Source: Cyanophora paradoxa CCMP329
Lineage: Eukaryota; Plantae; Glaucophyta
DNA: 64,000 nt
Direction: 5' to 3'
Assembly (NCBI GenBank): GCA_004431415.1
Contig: QPMI01000395.1
Span: 124,001 to 188,000 of the forward strand
Part shown: positions 12,141 to 22,800 of the stretch, piece after piece
How the letters are laid out: every line of letters begins with the position of its first letter
Numbering within the stretch: position 1 is the first letter of the stretch
The notes under the pieces: generated by a model
The model's database searches: none
Seen by the model: the letters and a program-made list of their open reading frames with translations, nothing else
What the model was told of the DNA's origin: nothing
Made by a program: the position numbers and the translations under genes

Positions 12141-12327
12141 CTGTGTAACAGAATATTAGTTCGCGCGTATTATTAGTTCGGTACCAAATTAGTGCGTTTT
12201 CTGCCGTGAAAACGCACTAATTTGAGACCGTAGGAGTATAGCGTTTACGCCCTCCGCCTCATTCGCTCAATTTCGCTGACGCGCTAAATACTAATAATAA
12301 CGTGCGAATTAATATTGTGTTACACGG
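12141..12327. mobile_element. MITE with ~36-bp imperfect TIRs
   Basis: TA|CTGTGTAACAGAATATTAGTTCGCGCGTATTATTAG pairs with CTAATAATAACGTGCGAATTAATATTGTGTTACACGG. Confidence 0.75.
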
Positions 12328-13131
12328 ACGGTAACACGGTATACGTATAGGCGGGCGTTTCGAATTCGCCCCGGCGGAATTCGAAGCCTCGCGAGTCGCG
12401 ATCCGGTAATCGGAGCCTCGCGGGCCCGGGCCGACCCGGCCGAGTCAGAAGACTCCGAGTCTAGCGGCTCTAGCGGCGAGTCTAGCCCCTAGCTATCATA
12501 GTATAGGCCTAGAAGATCTGTCCGGTCGACGGTCGTCGGACTCCGATGATAGTACGGTACCAAAGTTTAATTTTCAAGTTTGAGGCCCGACTATATAGCT
12601 ACTAAAGTTTTATCGTATACTAAACTTGAGGTGCTGGGGGGGTACGTATTGCAGTCACAGTTGCAGCGCGCGGGTCGTCCTATTATGACCGGACTCCTAT
12701 GGCTACCAAACCGACTATGCAACTGGCGCAAACCCCGCGGGATAACTAATTATTTTGGGGTCTTAAATATTACCCGAATTACAGTAACTAAGCAGGCCCG
12801 CGGGCCGGCGGCCGCGGGCTTGGCCATGTCCCACAGTCCCAGTACTAGTGGGCCAGCTAGTAGTGGCTTCCAGACTAAGTTCCAGACTTCCAGTGGCTTG
12901 CCCGGGCGGCCGCACTGCGCCGTGCGGCACTGTCGATGTCACAGTGTTAACGTTGCACATGCAGTGTCATGCACTCGGCGCAGTGCGCTGCTGTATACGT
13001 ACATGTGCGCATGCACATCGCCTTCAGGTTTAATTTGCAATAGTAGCTCGTGGTTCGGCACTAAGATAGCTGATCGAAACAGCAGGCGAGCATCCGCAGA
13101 GCAGGATCCCCGGATTAGCGGATCTATATCG

Positions 13132-14463
13132 ATGCGCATAGCCGATCTTATCAACATTGAGCCGGCCCAGGCTGTGGCCGCCCAGCCGCCGCCCGTCGAG
13201 CTCGCTCTCCCGGCGCGGCGCGCTGACGAAGCGTCCGATGTTGACGAGGAGCGCTGCCCCTTTGTCCTCGTCCACGCCGGCAAGGGCCGCCCCGCCCCCC
13301 ACTCGAGGTCCGCGCGCTCCTACGACAGCGACGACAGCCACGGATCGCCGGTTCGTGCGCGTACGGCCTGCAACAGTGCAGCGTTGACTTCCCGTATTTA
13401 ATTTAACACTCGCGCGCAGAGGTACGAGGCCGTCGGGGAGCAGCCCGGGGGCGGCTACCTGCTTGTCAGCGTCCGGTTCGCCCCCGCGCGCGCAGCCTGC
13501 CGGTGACCCGTCTGACCCCCCGGCCTCCCTCGAATGCGCGTGCAGGCGTTACAGGCTGCAAACGAGGCTCGGCGGCGGCCTGGGCGCCAGCGGGGCGGGG
13601 CACTGGCACGGCCGCGTCCTGAGGGTCCGCCTCGTCTTTCATGGTCCGCTTTTGCCCGCCCCTCCGCCCTTTAATAAGTGCCTTCAGCAGTAAATTTATT
13701 CTTGCTCTGACGGTGAGCCCCGGAGCAGACAACGGGCAAGCTGTGCCGGCGCTGGACAACAGCGCGGGCCCGCTCCTCGCGTTCCCGACGGAGGCGGGGC
13801 CCTACGGCCTGCCCGTGAGCTCCGTCTCCCTCCGCATGGACGCCAGCGGCGCCTCCTCCGCCTCCTTCGGGATCGGAGCCAGCACGCACAGGCACGGAGG
13901 GCGCCTTTTCCGCCTCACATTCGAAGACGATTCCGGTCAGGCAATCGCTTCCTTCGGCCCCATCCGCACTGTCGCGCACCTGCCCCGCGCCCCGCGCCGT
14001 CCACGGTGCTTGCTTCGAGTTCCCTCCTTGAAATTTGTCTGCCGTCGCTTATCGGCCCCGCAGCTCCTCCGCCGGCGCCGTTCTCTCTGTAGCCACGGAG
14101 GAAAATGGAGAAGCGGCCGTGGCCATCAAACGGGCGCGGGCGGAGGCGGCGGCGCGGCGACCGCGGGCGGGCAAGTCCGGGAGGCGCTCGGCGCTGGCGC
14201 TGCCGGCGTCGCCGTCGGCGTCGGAGCCCGGGAGCGCGGACGGGGACGACGCGGCGTCGACCGCCTCGGCCTCCTCCGACGGCGCCCGCAGCGCCTCCTG
14301 CTCCCTCTTCGACCTCGCCGCCATCGCCTGCGCCTCCGCCCCCGCCGACCCCCGCCCCGCCAAGCGCCCCCGCCCCGCCCCGGAGCCCGCCCCCCTCCAG
14401 CTGGCCATGGATCGCCTTCCCTTCCCCTCCTGGCCCTCTTTCCCCGTGTACACGGTCTCGTAG
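13132..14463 (+). CDS. Putative transcription factor with STAT/CudA-like Ig-fold DNA-binding domain
   Basis: Spliced: MRIADLIN...RYRLQTRL..VLRVRLVFH|DNGQAVPALDNSAGPLL...SFGIGASTHRHGGRLFRLTFE..FGPIRTVAH, then basic NLS-like KRARAE..RR and PAKRPR; stop at 14461-14463. Confidence 0.6.
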
Positions 14464-15353
14464 AGGCCCAGGCCTCGGCTGCGTTCCTTTCGTGATAGGA
14501 CCATCAGGTCGTCGATCGAATTGCAGGGTGGCGTAGGGTAGTTCATGTTTTCGCCCACGGTTAGGCCGTTTCTTCGGATATCGATATCGGGACTAACTAT
14601 TAATATTCGTACATGTGCGCGCCGCATATATATCTATTTCATTTGCTTTTGTGTATATCAGAATTAGATTATCACTAGTCAAGACTCAAGAATGACAGTG
14701 CGGAGCAGGCCTAGAATGAGTCGTATATATTTTTATGACCAGTGCAATTTTAAACTGTGCAAAATATGTCATTATGTACATCTGCAGCTCGCTAATGATC
14801 GGATCAAGCTAATTATAAGTATACTGTTGACTATCAATATCCTCTCAGAGTCTCTTCATGAGACTTAGTAGTAACGTACTACTTTCTTTGCACTGCGGCA
14901 TGTTGGTATATCGCACAAAGTCGGTGTAGAGCGCTATAGACTGGTCCGACGGTCCGTAGTGCAAGTAGAGTGAACTTCAATCGAAATGCGCAACCCGAAC
15001 GTTGACCTCAGGGGCCTGGAGCTGATTATAACATCAACCGAATCGCGAAATCTCAAGTTTGATTGATTTGAAAAATTTATAAATAGTTACAGCGACATTC
15101 TGCAATTGCAAATTGATAAGAACTGATCATGGTTGATAAGCATTGCGATCGGGGCCTGCGGAACCGGGAGCCTGCGCTACCTGGCACGAGCTCGAGTTTA
15201 ATATAACGTTGGAGGCTTGCGTCGGCACGAGCTCGAGGTGGAGGGCGATCGCGAGTCGAGGGGGTTGGTGCGTTGAGTCCCAGGGACTGCATGCATACGT
15301 ACACGATGCGCATGCGCTCGCTAGCGCTACATATCGATATCGTCGACGGGGAT

Positions 15354-15384
<31 letters not shown>

Positions 15385-16148
15385 CTGGTCGGAGGTGACC
15401 ATGCATATGCATCATGGCATGTCACTGGCATGTTACAAATCAATCAAATGGCCGAAGCGAAGAGTATACGTAGAGGAGGTCGAAGTCCAGGGCTTCGAGA
15501 ATTCGAGCTCGCTAACTATGATCATGAGCTCGCCTGGCCCAGTGGGAAAGGGTCACCGGGTGGCCGGCGTGCTACGTTTACGGTATATATATACGTAGTG
15601 GGGCGCGCAGCGCCCCGCGGCCGGCCCGGGGCCCGCACCGCCGGCCGCGGCCACGGGCCACGTGCCACGGTGGATATGGGCCCGTGGACGACGTCGTTAC
15701 AGTTGGGGTTGCAAGTTGTAGTGGATGATGATTATAAAATTATATTCGATGACGATACTTCGCGCTTCTTTGCGCTTCGAATTCTTCGCGTACTTGTACA
15801 TGCGCGCCGCGCCGGCGGCGTGGGGACTCGGGAGGCGTAAACACAGGCAGCTGCAGGTGAAGGTGTCACTGTAGCTATATATCAATATTGGCGCAGGCCT
15901 AGGCACAGCGGGCTCGATCGCGAGCTCACCTGCGGCTGCGCACCCGCCTCGCATATGCCGCGCGCAGTGCATGCCGCAGTGCGCAGGCCTAGGCCTAGCT
16001 ATATATAGGGCGATCTTCTTCTCAGAGTCTCAGAGTCTCTGAGTCTCACGCGCGCGAGCTCAGCTCCGCCTTTCGAGATTCGCCGATCGCGAGACTCGAA
16101 AGCCCCCACAATTGCAGCCTTGAGCTTGAATTTGAGTTAACGTTCCTC

Positions 16149-17018
16149 CGATCCGCGCGCGCCGCGGCGCGCGTACGCGAAACTGTTTATTTAAATTTGC
16201 TCGGGGTTCAACGGTTAGCTGGGCGCGGCGGGAGAGGCTATAGCTAGGCTCGAGCTCATATACGGCTCTAGATCTCGAGCGCTAGCTAGCGCAGCTCCCC
16301 GATCGCGAGCCTGAAGAGTCCGAGCCTCGGCCGCGGATCATCCGATGATCGGATCCGGACTGCCGCGGGCCGGACCGGATCCCGGAGGAGCCGGTCGGCG
16401 ATCGGCCGCGGCCGGGGCGCCGCCGGGCCGCGGCGCCGATCATCGATATCCGACATTTACAGCGCTAGCAGCTCGCGAGCTGCAGCTGTGGCAGCCGCGC
16501 GCGGAATTGCAGTACACGCGCGCGCGCGCGCGCACGAGGTGAGCAGACCGTACAGGGGGGTTCAGGTCGCAGTCAGACTCGCAGACTCGCAGGCTCGCAG
16601 CTCGTCTGGGTACAGACTGTACAGTGGAGGATGGGGGGCCCAATCGTGTAGGGGTAACGAGTCGAGACTTTTTTCACGGCATGAAGTTCCGATCGCGACC
16701 ATGCATGATATATGCATGACCACATGCATGCAAATTGCAAAGGAACTTCCGAAGTTCAAGGCTTCGAATTCGACGTCGACCGTCGAGTCGGCGTCGACTC
16801 GCGGCGTCGAGTACTACTAGGCTAGTAGGCTAGTCGGCCGCGTCGACGTCCGGCGTCGACTCTCTTCCAAGTTCGATCGCGAACACTCCTGTGTGTGCAC
16901 AGTCTGAGTGCACTGTGCACGTGCTGTGCCAGTACTGTGTTTTCTAGCAGCAGCTGCAGCAGCAGGCAGTGCCAGGCACGCGCGCGCGAACAGCAGCAGC
17001 TTGCCCGATCAGCTGCAG
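16149..17018 (+). repeat. 870-bp direct duplication, copy 1
   Basis: Near-identical to 18413-19289; visible differences are a 1-nt indel or two and one 8-nt insertion. Confidence 0.95.
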
Positions 17019-17167
17019 GCTTGAAATGAATGTAGGGTTCAACCGTTCAAGTTGCATCATGATCAGCTGTACGCGTGTTTTAGCCGACTGACCAATGACA
17101 CGACAGAAAATATTCACTTCGATTCACTATAGCAGTAGTATAGCTACGTACGGATACCGCTACACTG

Positions 17168-17365
17168 TAGGACGGCTTTTTTAGCCGTAGTTTTAAATTG
17201 CCGTAAATGGCCGAGACGCTGAATTCGGCAATTGTAAGCATCGGCAATGTTGCTGGGGGTAGTAGGGGTATTTTTAGGCCGCAATAGAGCTTCGGAGCGA
17301 AAGCCTGCATTCGGCAATTTATCGCCACGGCAATTCCGGTTTTGGGCGAATTCGGCAATTTTACT
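17168..17365. mobile_element. MITE-like element related to 11681-11920
   Basis: TAGGA..TTTAGCCG..GTTTTAAATTGCCGTAAAT matches the reverse complement of ~11880-11920. Confidence 0.55.
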
Positions 17366-17677
17366 CTACGGTTTTCGAGGCCGATCATCGGATGGAACGC
17401 AGTAATTTGGTAGCGCAGACTGCAGCTGCGCAGTAAAGCGCCTACCGGCGCAGAAAATTTGGAACGCAGTAATTTGTGGCGCAGTAAATAAGTATTACAC
17501 GCCGAACAAAATACACGGTAAAAAAATACATGGTAGTTATACGCGCGGCGCGCGGCGGCCCCTTCGAATTTTTCGAATGATCGACGGAGCCAATCGCACG
17601 ACGTCAGACGTCCGAGCTCCGACGCTCGAGACTCGAGAGTCGGACCGCGCCTCCGACTCTCCGACGTCGATCGCGAC

Positions 17678-18408
17678 TAGGGGTGCGGCTTGACCGCCAG
17701 AAAGTCGGCTCAAGTCAAGCCAAGCCCGGAGCGCTCGCGGCTAAGCCAAGCCAAGCCGGCCGGCCGGCCCGGACAAGCGCTTGGCCACTTGGCCGGGTCA
17801 AGCGCTTGGCCCGGCTTGAGGCAAGCCGAAGGGGGGGTACCCTTTCACAGGCCCTTAGCGCCGCAGCGATTAGCGTGTTCGAATTCAGCAGCTTCAGCTT
17901 CGAATTCGAAAGGAACACGCACATCTAATCGAGCTGAAGAGGGTCAGCCTCGCTGGAACCGCTAATGGCATCTGCCTTAAGCTTGCGCTTGCCAGAACCG
18001 GTAGAGAGCATACCTGCCTTGTCGAAAATCGGAATGCCAGCTCTAGCCACGTGCACGACTAGTACTCGTAAAGAAACCGTTAACGTTGAACATGATTGAT
18101 CATCGGATGAAACAGAGTCGTCGACGTCGGCAAGGCTAGATCTAGATCTGTTCTCGCTGACACAGAGGCCGCCGTTGAAACGAGATGTTAACGTTGCCGT
18201 CGGCCCCCTTGCCGAGCAGCGTCTGCACGCTCTTGCTCTTGGCCATGGGCGGCATGCCGGCGATGATGCGAACGCAGGCGCCGCCCCCCCCCCCCCCCCC
18301 CCCGCCGGGCTTGAGCCGGCTTGAGCCGGCCAAAAGCCGGGCAAGCGCTTGCCGCCCCAGCCCGGCTTGAGCTTTGGCTCAAGCGCTTGACGGCAAGCCG
18401 CAGGCCTA
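17678..18408 (-). mobile_element. Internally deleted hAT transposon with transposase remnants
   Basis: Ends TAGGGGTGCGGCTTG / CAAGCCGCAGGCCTA. TSD ATCGCGAC/ATCGCGAT (7 of 8 match). CAAGC/GCTTG subterminal repeats. The minus strand encodes MPPMAKSKSVQ.. and hATC-like GGLCVSENRSSLADDSVSSIMF after micro-insertions are removed. Confidence 0.8.
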
Positions 18409-18412
18409 ATCG

Positions 18413-19289
18413 CGATCCGCGCGCGCCGCGGCGCGCGTACGCGAAACTGTTTATTTAAATTTGCTCGGGGTTCAACGGTTAGCTGGGCGCGGCGGGAGAG
18501 GCTATAGCTAGGCTCGAGCTCATATACGGCTCTAGATCTCGAGCGCTAGCTAGCGCAGCTCCCCGATCGCGAGCCTGAAGAGTCCGAGCCTCGGCCGCGG
18601 ATCATCCGATGATCGGATCCGGACTGCCGCGGGCCGGACCGGATCCCGGAGGAGCCGGTCGGCGATCGGCCGCGGCCGGGCGCCGCCGGGCCGCGGCGCC
18701 GATCATCGATATCCGACATTTACAGCGCTAGCAGCTCGCGAGCTGCAGCTGTGGCAGCCGCGCGCGGAATTGCAGTACACGCGCGCGCGCGCGCGCACGA
18801 GGTGAGCAGACCGTACAGGGGGGTTCAGGTCGCAGTCAGACTCGCAGACTCGCAGGCTCGCAGCTCGTCTGGGTACAGACTGTACAGTGGAGGATGGGGG
18901 GCCCAATCGTGTAGGGGTAACGAGTCGAGACTTTTTTCACGGCATGAAGTTCCGATCGCGACCATGCATGATATATGCATGACCACATGCATGCAAATTG
19001 CAAAGGAACTTCCGAAGTTCAAGGCTTCGAATTCGACGTCGACCGTCGAGTCGGCGTCGACTCGCGGCGTCGAGTACTACTAGGCTAGTAGGCTAGTCGG
19101 CCGCGTCGACGACTCGACGTCCGGCGTCGACTCTCTTCCAAGTTCGATCGCGAACACTCCTGTGTGTGCACAGTCTGAGTGCACTGTGCACGTGCTGTGC
19201 CAGTACTGTGTTTTCTAGCAGCAGCTGCAGCAGCAGGCAGTGCCAGGCACGCGCGCGCGAACAGCAGCAGCTTGCCCGATCAGCTGCAG
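18413..19289 (+). repeat. 870-bp direct duplication, copy 2
   Basis: Near-identical to 16149-17018; starts within the hAT right flank. Confidence 0.95.
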
Positions 19290-19311
19290 CCAGCGCGCGC
19301 GCGGGCGCGCA

Positions 19312-19552
19312 CACAGCTCGTTTTTTTTCCTAATCGACCCAACACGGCCCGGATATGGGCAAGGGTAGCCGGCGATCGCGATAACTTTTCACCCGCCGCA
19401 GAACGGCTAGTCTCCTCGCAACAGCTTGTAGCCGGCATGCTACCGGGTAGATTGCACTAGCTAAAGCCGGGGAATTCCGAAAACCCGAGGGGAATTTAAC
19501 GAAACCGGATATTCGGCCGTGTCGGGTCGACCGGTAAAAAAAACGAGCTGTG
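19312..19552. mobile_element. CAC..GTG-terminated (CMC/CACTA-like) MITE
   Basis: TIR CACAGCTCGTTTTTTTT..TCGACCC.ACACGGCC / GGCCGTGT.GGGTCGA..AAAAAAAACGAGCTGTG; flanked by CA/CA. Confidence 0.8.
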
Positions 19553-19874
19553 CACGAGAAACGAATTTCGAGGTCCCGGCGGGCCGGCGGCGGCGGGTCC
19601 GATTCAACAGCCTGGCAGCATCAGCGAGATCATAGGGGGATCGATCGCTGCGATCGTGATATCACGCTTTCCTGGCCAAGTGCAGAGAGCCAGCGAGCGT
19701 GCATCGTGCCCCCGGCCCCCGGCCGTAGAGTGCCGAGTGCGCACCGCGGTGCCAGACGCGGCGCACGCGTGGAATCGGAGCGCGCGTAGACCACATCCAC
19801 ACGGAGCGGATTGCGGCCTGCAGTCCGCGTAGCTGCTGCGCAAGACGGAGGGGAGCGGCGACCAGTGCAATGCC

Positions 19875-22800
19875 ATGGCGCCCGAGCGACCATTGCAATT
19901 GCAAACGTCCTTCACGCACGGGAGGGAGCTCGGGAGCGGCTCCGCGTTCGGGAAGTCTCTGCCGGTCAGCGCCGACGCATCAATGCTGCGCGAGTTGCGC
20001 AGGTGAGCACTGCGCCCATTAGCACGCAGCTATGCCATAGCCAGCACCGCTGAGTCGGCGCTGACCCATTTCCCCAGGGCGCTAGCGGTGCCGGAGACCT
20101 TTATCAGGCGAGCGGTTCAGATCTTGGCAGAAGCGATCGGAGCGGCGGCCGCTGAGGTCTGGGATCGTCCCCGGCCTTGCGATGTCGACGGGGCATCCAG
20201 CTCCCCGCTTGTCTTGGCGGCCGCTTGGCCCCGCGTGGCGGGGACTGCGCGCCCGCCATCCATTCCGCCGAGCGAGGGAGCTCCCGTTTCCGTGGACGGC
20301 TGCGGCGGCGAGGGCGGCGCGTTTGGGCTCTGCGTGCCGGCGGCCGTGCGCCCCGGCGCAGAGCCGAGCGGGGTGCTCCTCTTGCGTTTCAAGACGGCCG
20401 CGGATCGCGACGGGGCCGCCCTGGAGCGCTCCGCCCTCCTGAGCGAGGCTTCTGAGAGCCTCGCAGCCGGCTTGGAAGGTGCCGCCTCCCGACGCGGACC
20501 GCGGCCGGCCGCGGCCGCAGAGATTTGATCTCCGCTGACCCCGGTCCCGGGCCGGCCGGCAGTCGCCCGCCGCCTCTCCGCATCGTCGCCGCTCGAGGGC
20601 ATCGCCGCCGCGTTCACGGGCGGGGGCCCCCGCCCCGACGACTCCGCTTTCGAGCGCGCGGCCGAGTCCGTCCGCGCCGCGCTCGGGGCCCGCCGGTGCG
20701 CATGCACCCGCGCCCCGCCCGGCTGCGTCCCCGCGTCGGTCTCACGCTTTCCCAGGTGCTACGTGCTGCAGGGGTTCGCCCCCGGTCTGGACCTGCGCGG
20801 CTCCGCCCCCGCCGGCCTCCCCGCCCCGTTCCTCTGCCCCGAGGCACGTCCCTCTGTGCCCCGAGGCGGCCGCCGGCTCTGCCGCTGACTCAGACGCTGC
20901 TGCGGGCAGGCCTCCAGCGACTTGGCGGCCGGCCGGCGCCGCACGGCGGACTGCGGGCTCGTCTGCGAGCCCGTGCCTTTCCGCGGCGCCTCGATCGGTG
21001 CGCGCGCAGCCGCCCCGCCCGCCGCCCTCCGCCCGCGGCCGTCGCAGAACGCGCCCGCCGCGCAGGGGCGCTCTGCGTGCTGCCGGCGGCGGGCCGGGCG
21101 TGGTCACCCTCGGACGCCGCCCTGCTCGCCCGCTGCGCCTTCGCGCTGGCGTGCCCCCTCGCGGAGGCGCCCCGCGGCCCCCACGCCAGCTCATCCTCCT
21201 CACCCACCCCGCCCTGCACCCCAAAGACGCCCGCGAGCCCCGTCCGCCGCCCAGCCTCGGCCCGCCCGGCCGGCCCTCCTCCTCCGCTGACTGTGCGCGT
21301 TCGCGGCAGGGCGCCGGCGCCGGCGCCGGAGCCTCCTGGGGGGACGCGCCGGACCTGTACGGCTCGTGGTGCGCGTGCCCCGCCCGCCCGAGCGCCGCGC
21401 CCCATCGCGAGCGCCCGCGCAGCGCCCGGCTGGCGGCCGCCGCCCTGCGCGCCGAGTGGACCGCCGTCCTCCGCGCGGGACAGCCCGAGCCGCTCGGCGA
21501 GTACTCCGCCGCCGCCGCCGGGCCGCGCCCGCCTGCCCTCCCCTGCCGGCTCGTCCTCGGAGAGCCGGCGTGCTTCGAGGAGGGCGGGCGGCACTGGGCG
21601 GCGGCCCCCGCCGGCGCGGGCCATCTGCTCGTCGCCTCGCGCCGCGGGACGGCCCCGCCTCGGCCCCGCCCCCCGGCTTCGGCCCGGACGAGCTGGGCGC
21701 TCTGGAGGCGGCCGGCCGGCTGCTCGCGGGGGCGGCGGAGGCGGCGCAGGCGGCCGAGCAGCTTGAGGCTGCGCGGAGGCGGCTCCAGCGCCTCGAGCGG
21801 GCCGACCAGCTCATGGCCGGTGCGTCCACGACCTCTAGGATCGTGTGACTTTAACTAAGGCAATAAAAGGCAAGATCCTAAGACGCTGCTCTAGGAGAGA
21901 AGCCGTCCTGTTAGCTAGCTCACGGCCGACCCCCGGCCCGCGCTTCGCGTCGCGGCCTACGCTACGCTACGCTTCACCCCATCACCTCACACCTCCGCTC
22001 GCTCGCTCGCTCGCTCGCTCTCAGGGATCACGCGGACGCTGAACACGGTGCTGGAGGTGGCCGACCTCCCCGCCTCCCTCCGCATCGTCGCCAACGGTGC
22101 GCCCCACGCGCCCCCACGCAGAGCCCGCTTGTCGGGAGCGCCAGCACCCCTCCTTATAGCGTCCGAGGGGCGCCCGCCCGCCATCTTAGGGCGCCCCGCC
22201 CGCCCCCCCGCCCCCCCGCCCCCCCGCCCCTCTCCCGAGTCTGCTTGCCTTGGCTCTACGGGGGTTTCAGCAACGCTCCTTTTAGAGTCCTGCGGGCGCC
22301 CTGCCATCTTCCTCCCCCTCCCCCTTCCTCTCACACCGGCGCGGGCGCCCGCCCGCAGCCTTCGGGGCCGAGCGCGTCTTCCTCTACAACCTCTCTACCC
22401 CCGAGGACCTCACCAGGCGGGCCGCCCCCCCTCCCCTCCCCCCCTCTCCTGCCCGACGCGGCCCGCCCTCGCAGCGCGCGGTCGACGCCGGTGGCCGAGC
22501 ACCTCGCCTCGGGGGACGTCCCCTCCTTCACCAACGTGCGCGCCCCCGGGGCCGCGCCTGGCTGGGCGGCGCGGGGCGGCGCGGCCGCGGCGGGGCAGAA
22601 GCTTAGGCATGGGGAGAGGGAGCCCGGCGGCCGACCGCCCTTCGTTCGCAGATCGCGATCACGGCGGAGGACACGGCCTTCATGCTCCGCACCATGCAGC
22701 TCGGGCCCGGTCCGCCCGCCCCCGCCCCGCGAGCCCCCGCCCCCCGCGGGCTCGAGCCCCGCGAGGAGCTCGAACCCCGCCCCTGTACCCCTCTAACCCG

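Noticed and set aside
15355-15384. Long poly-G/poly-C tracts (also ~3827, 18283, 52066, 57690) as functional G-quadruplexes
   Set aside because: Homopolymer lengths are unreliable and no positional pattern is evident.
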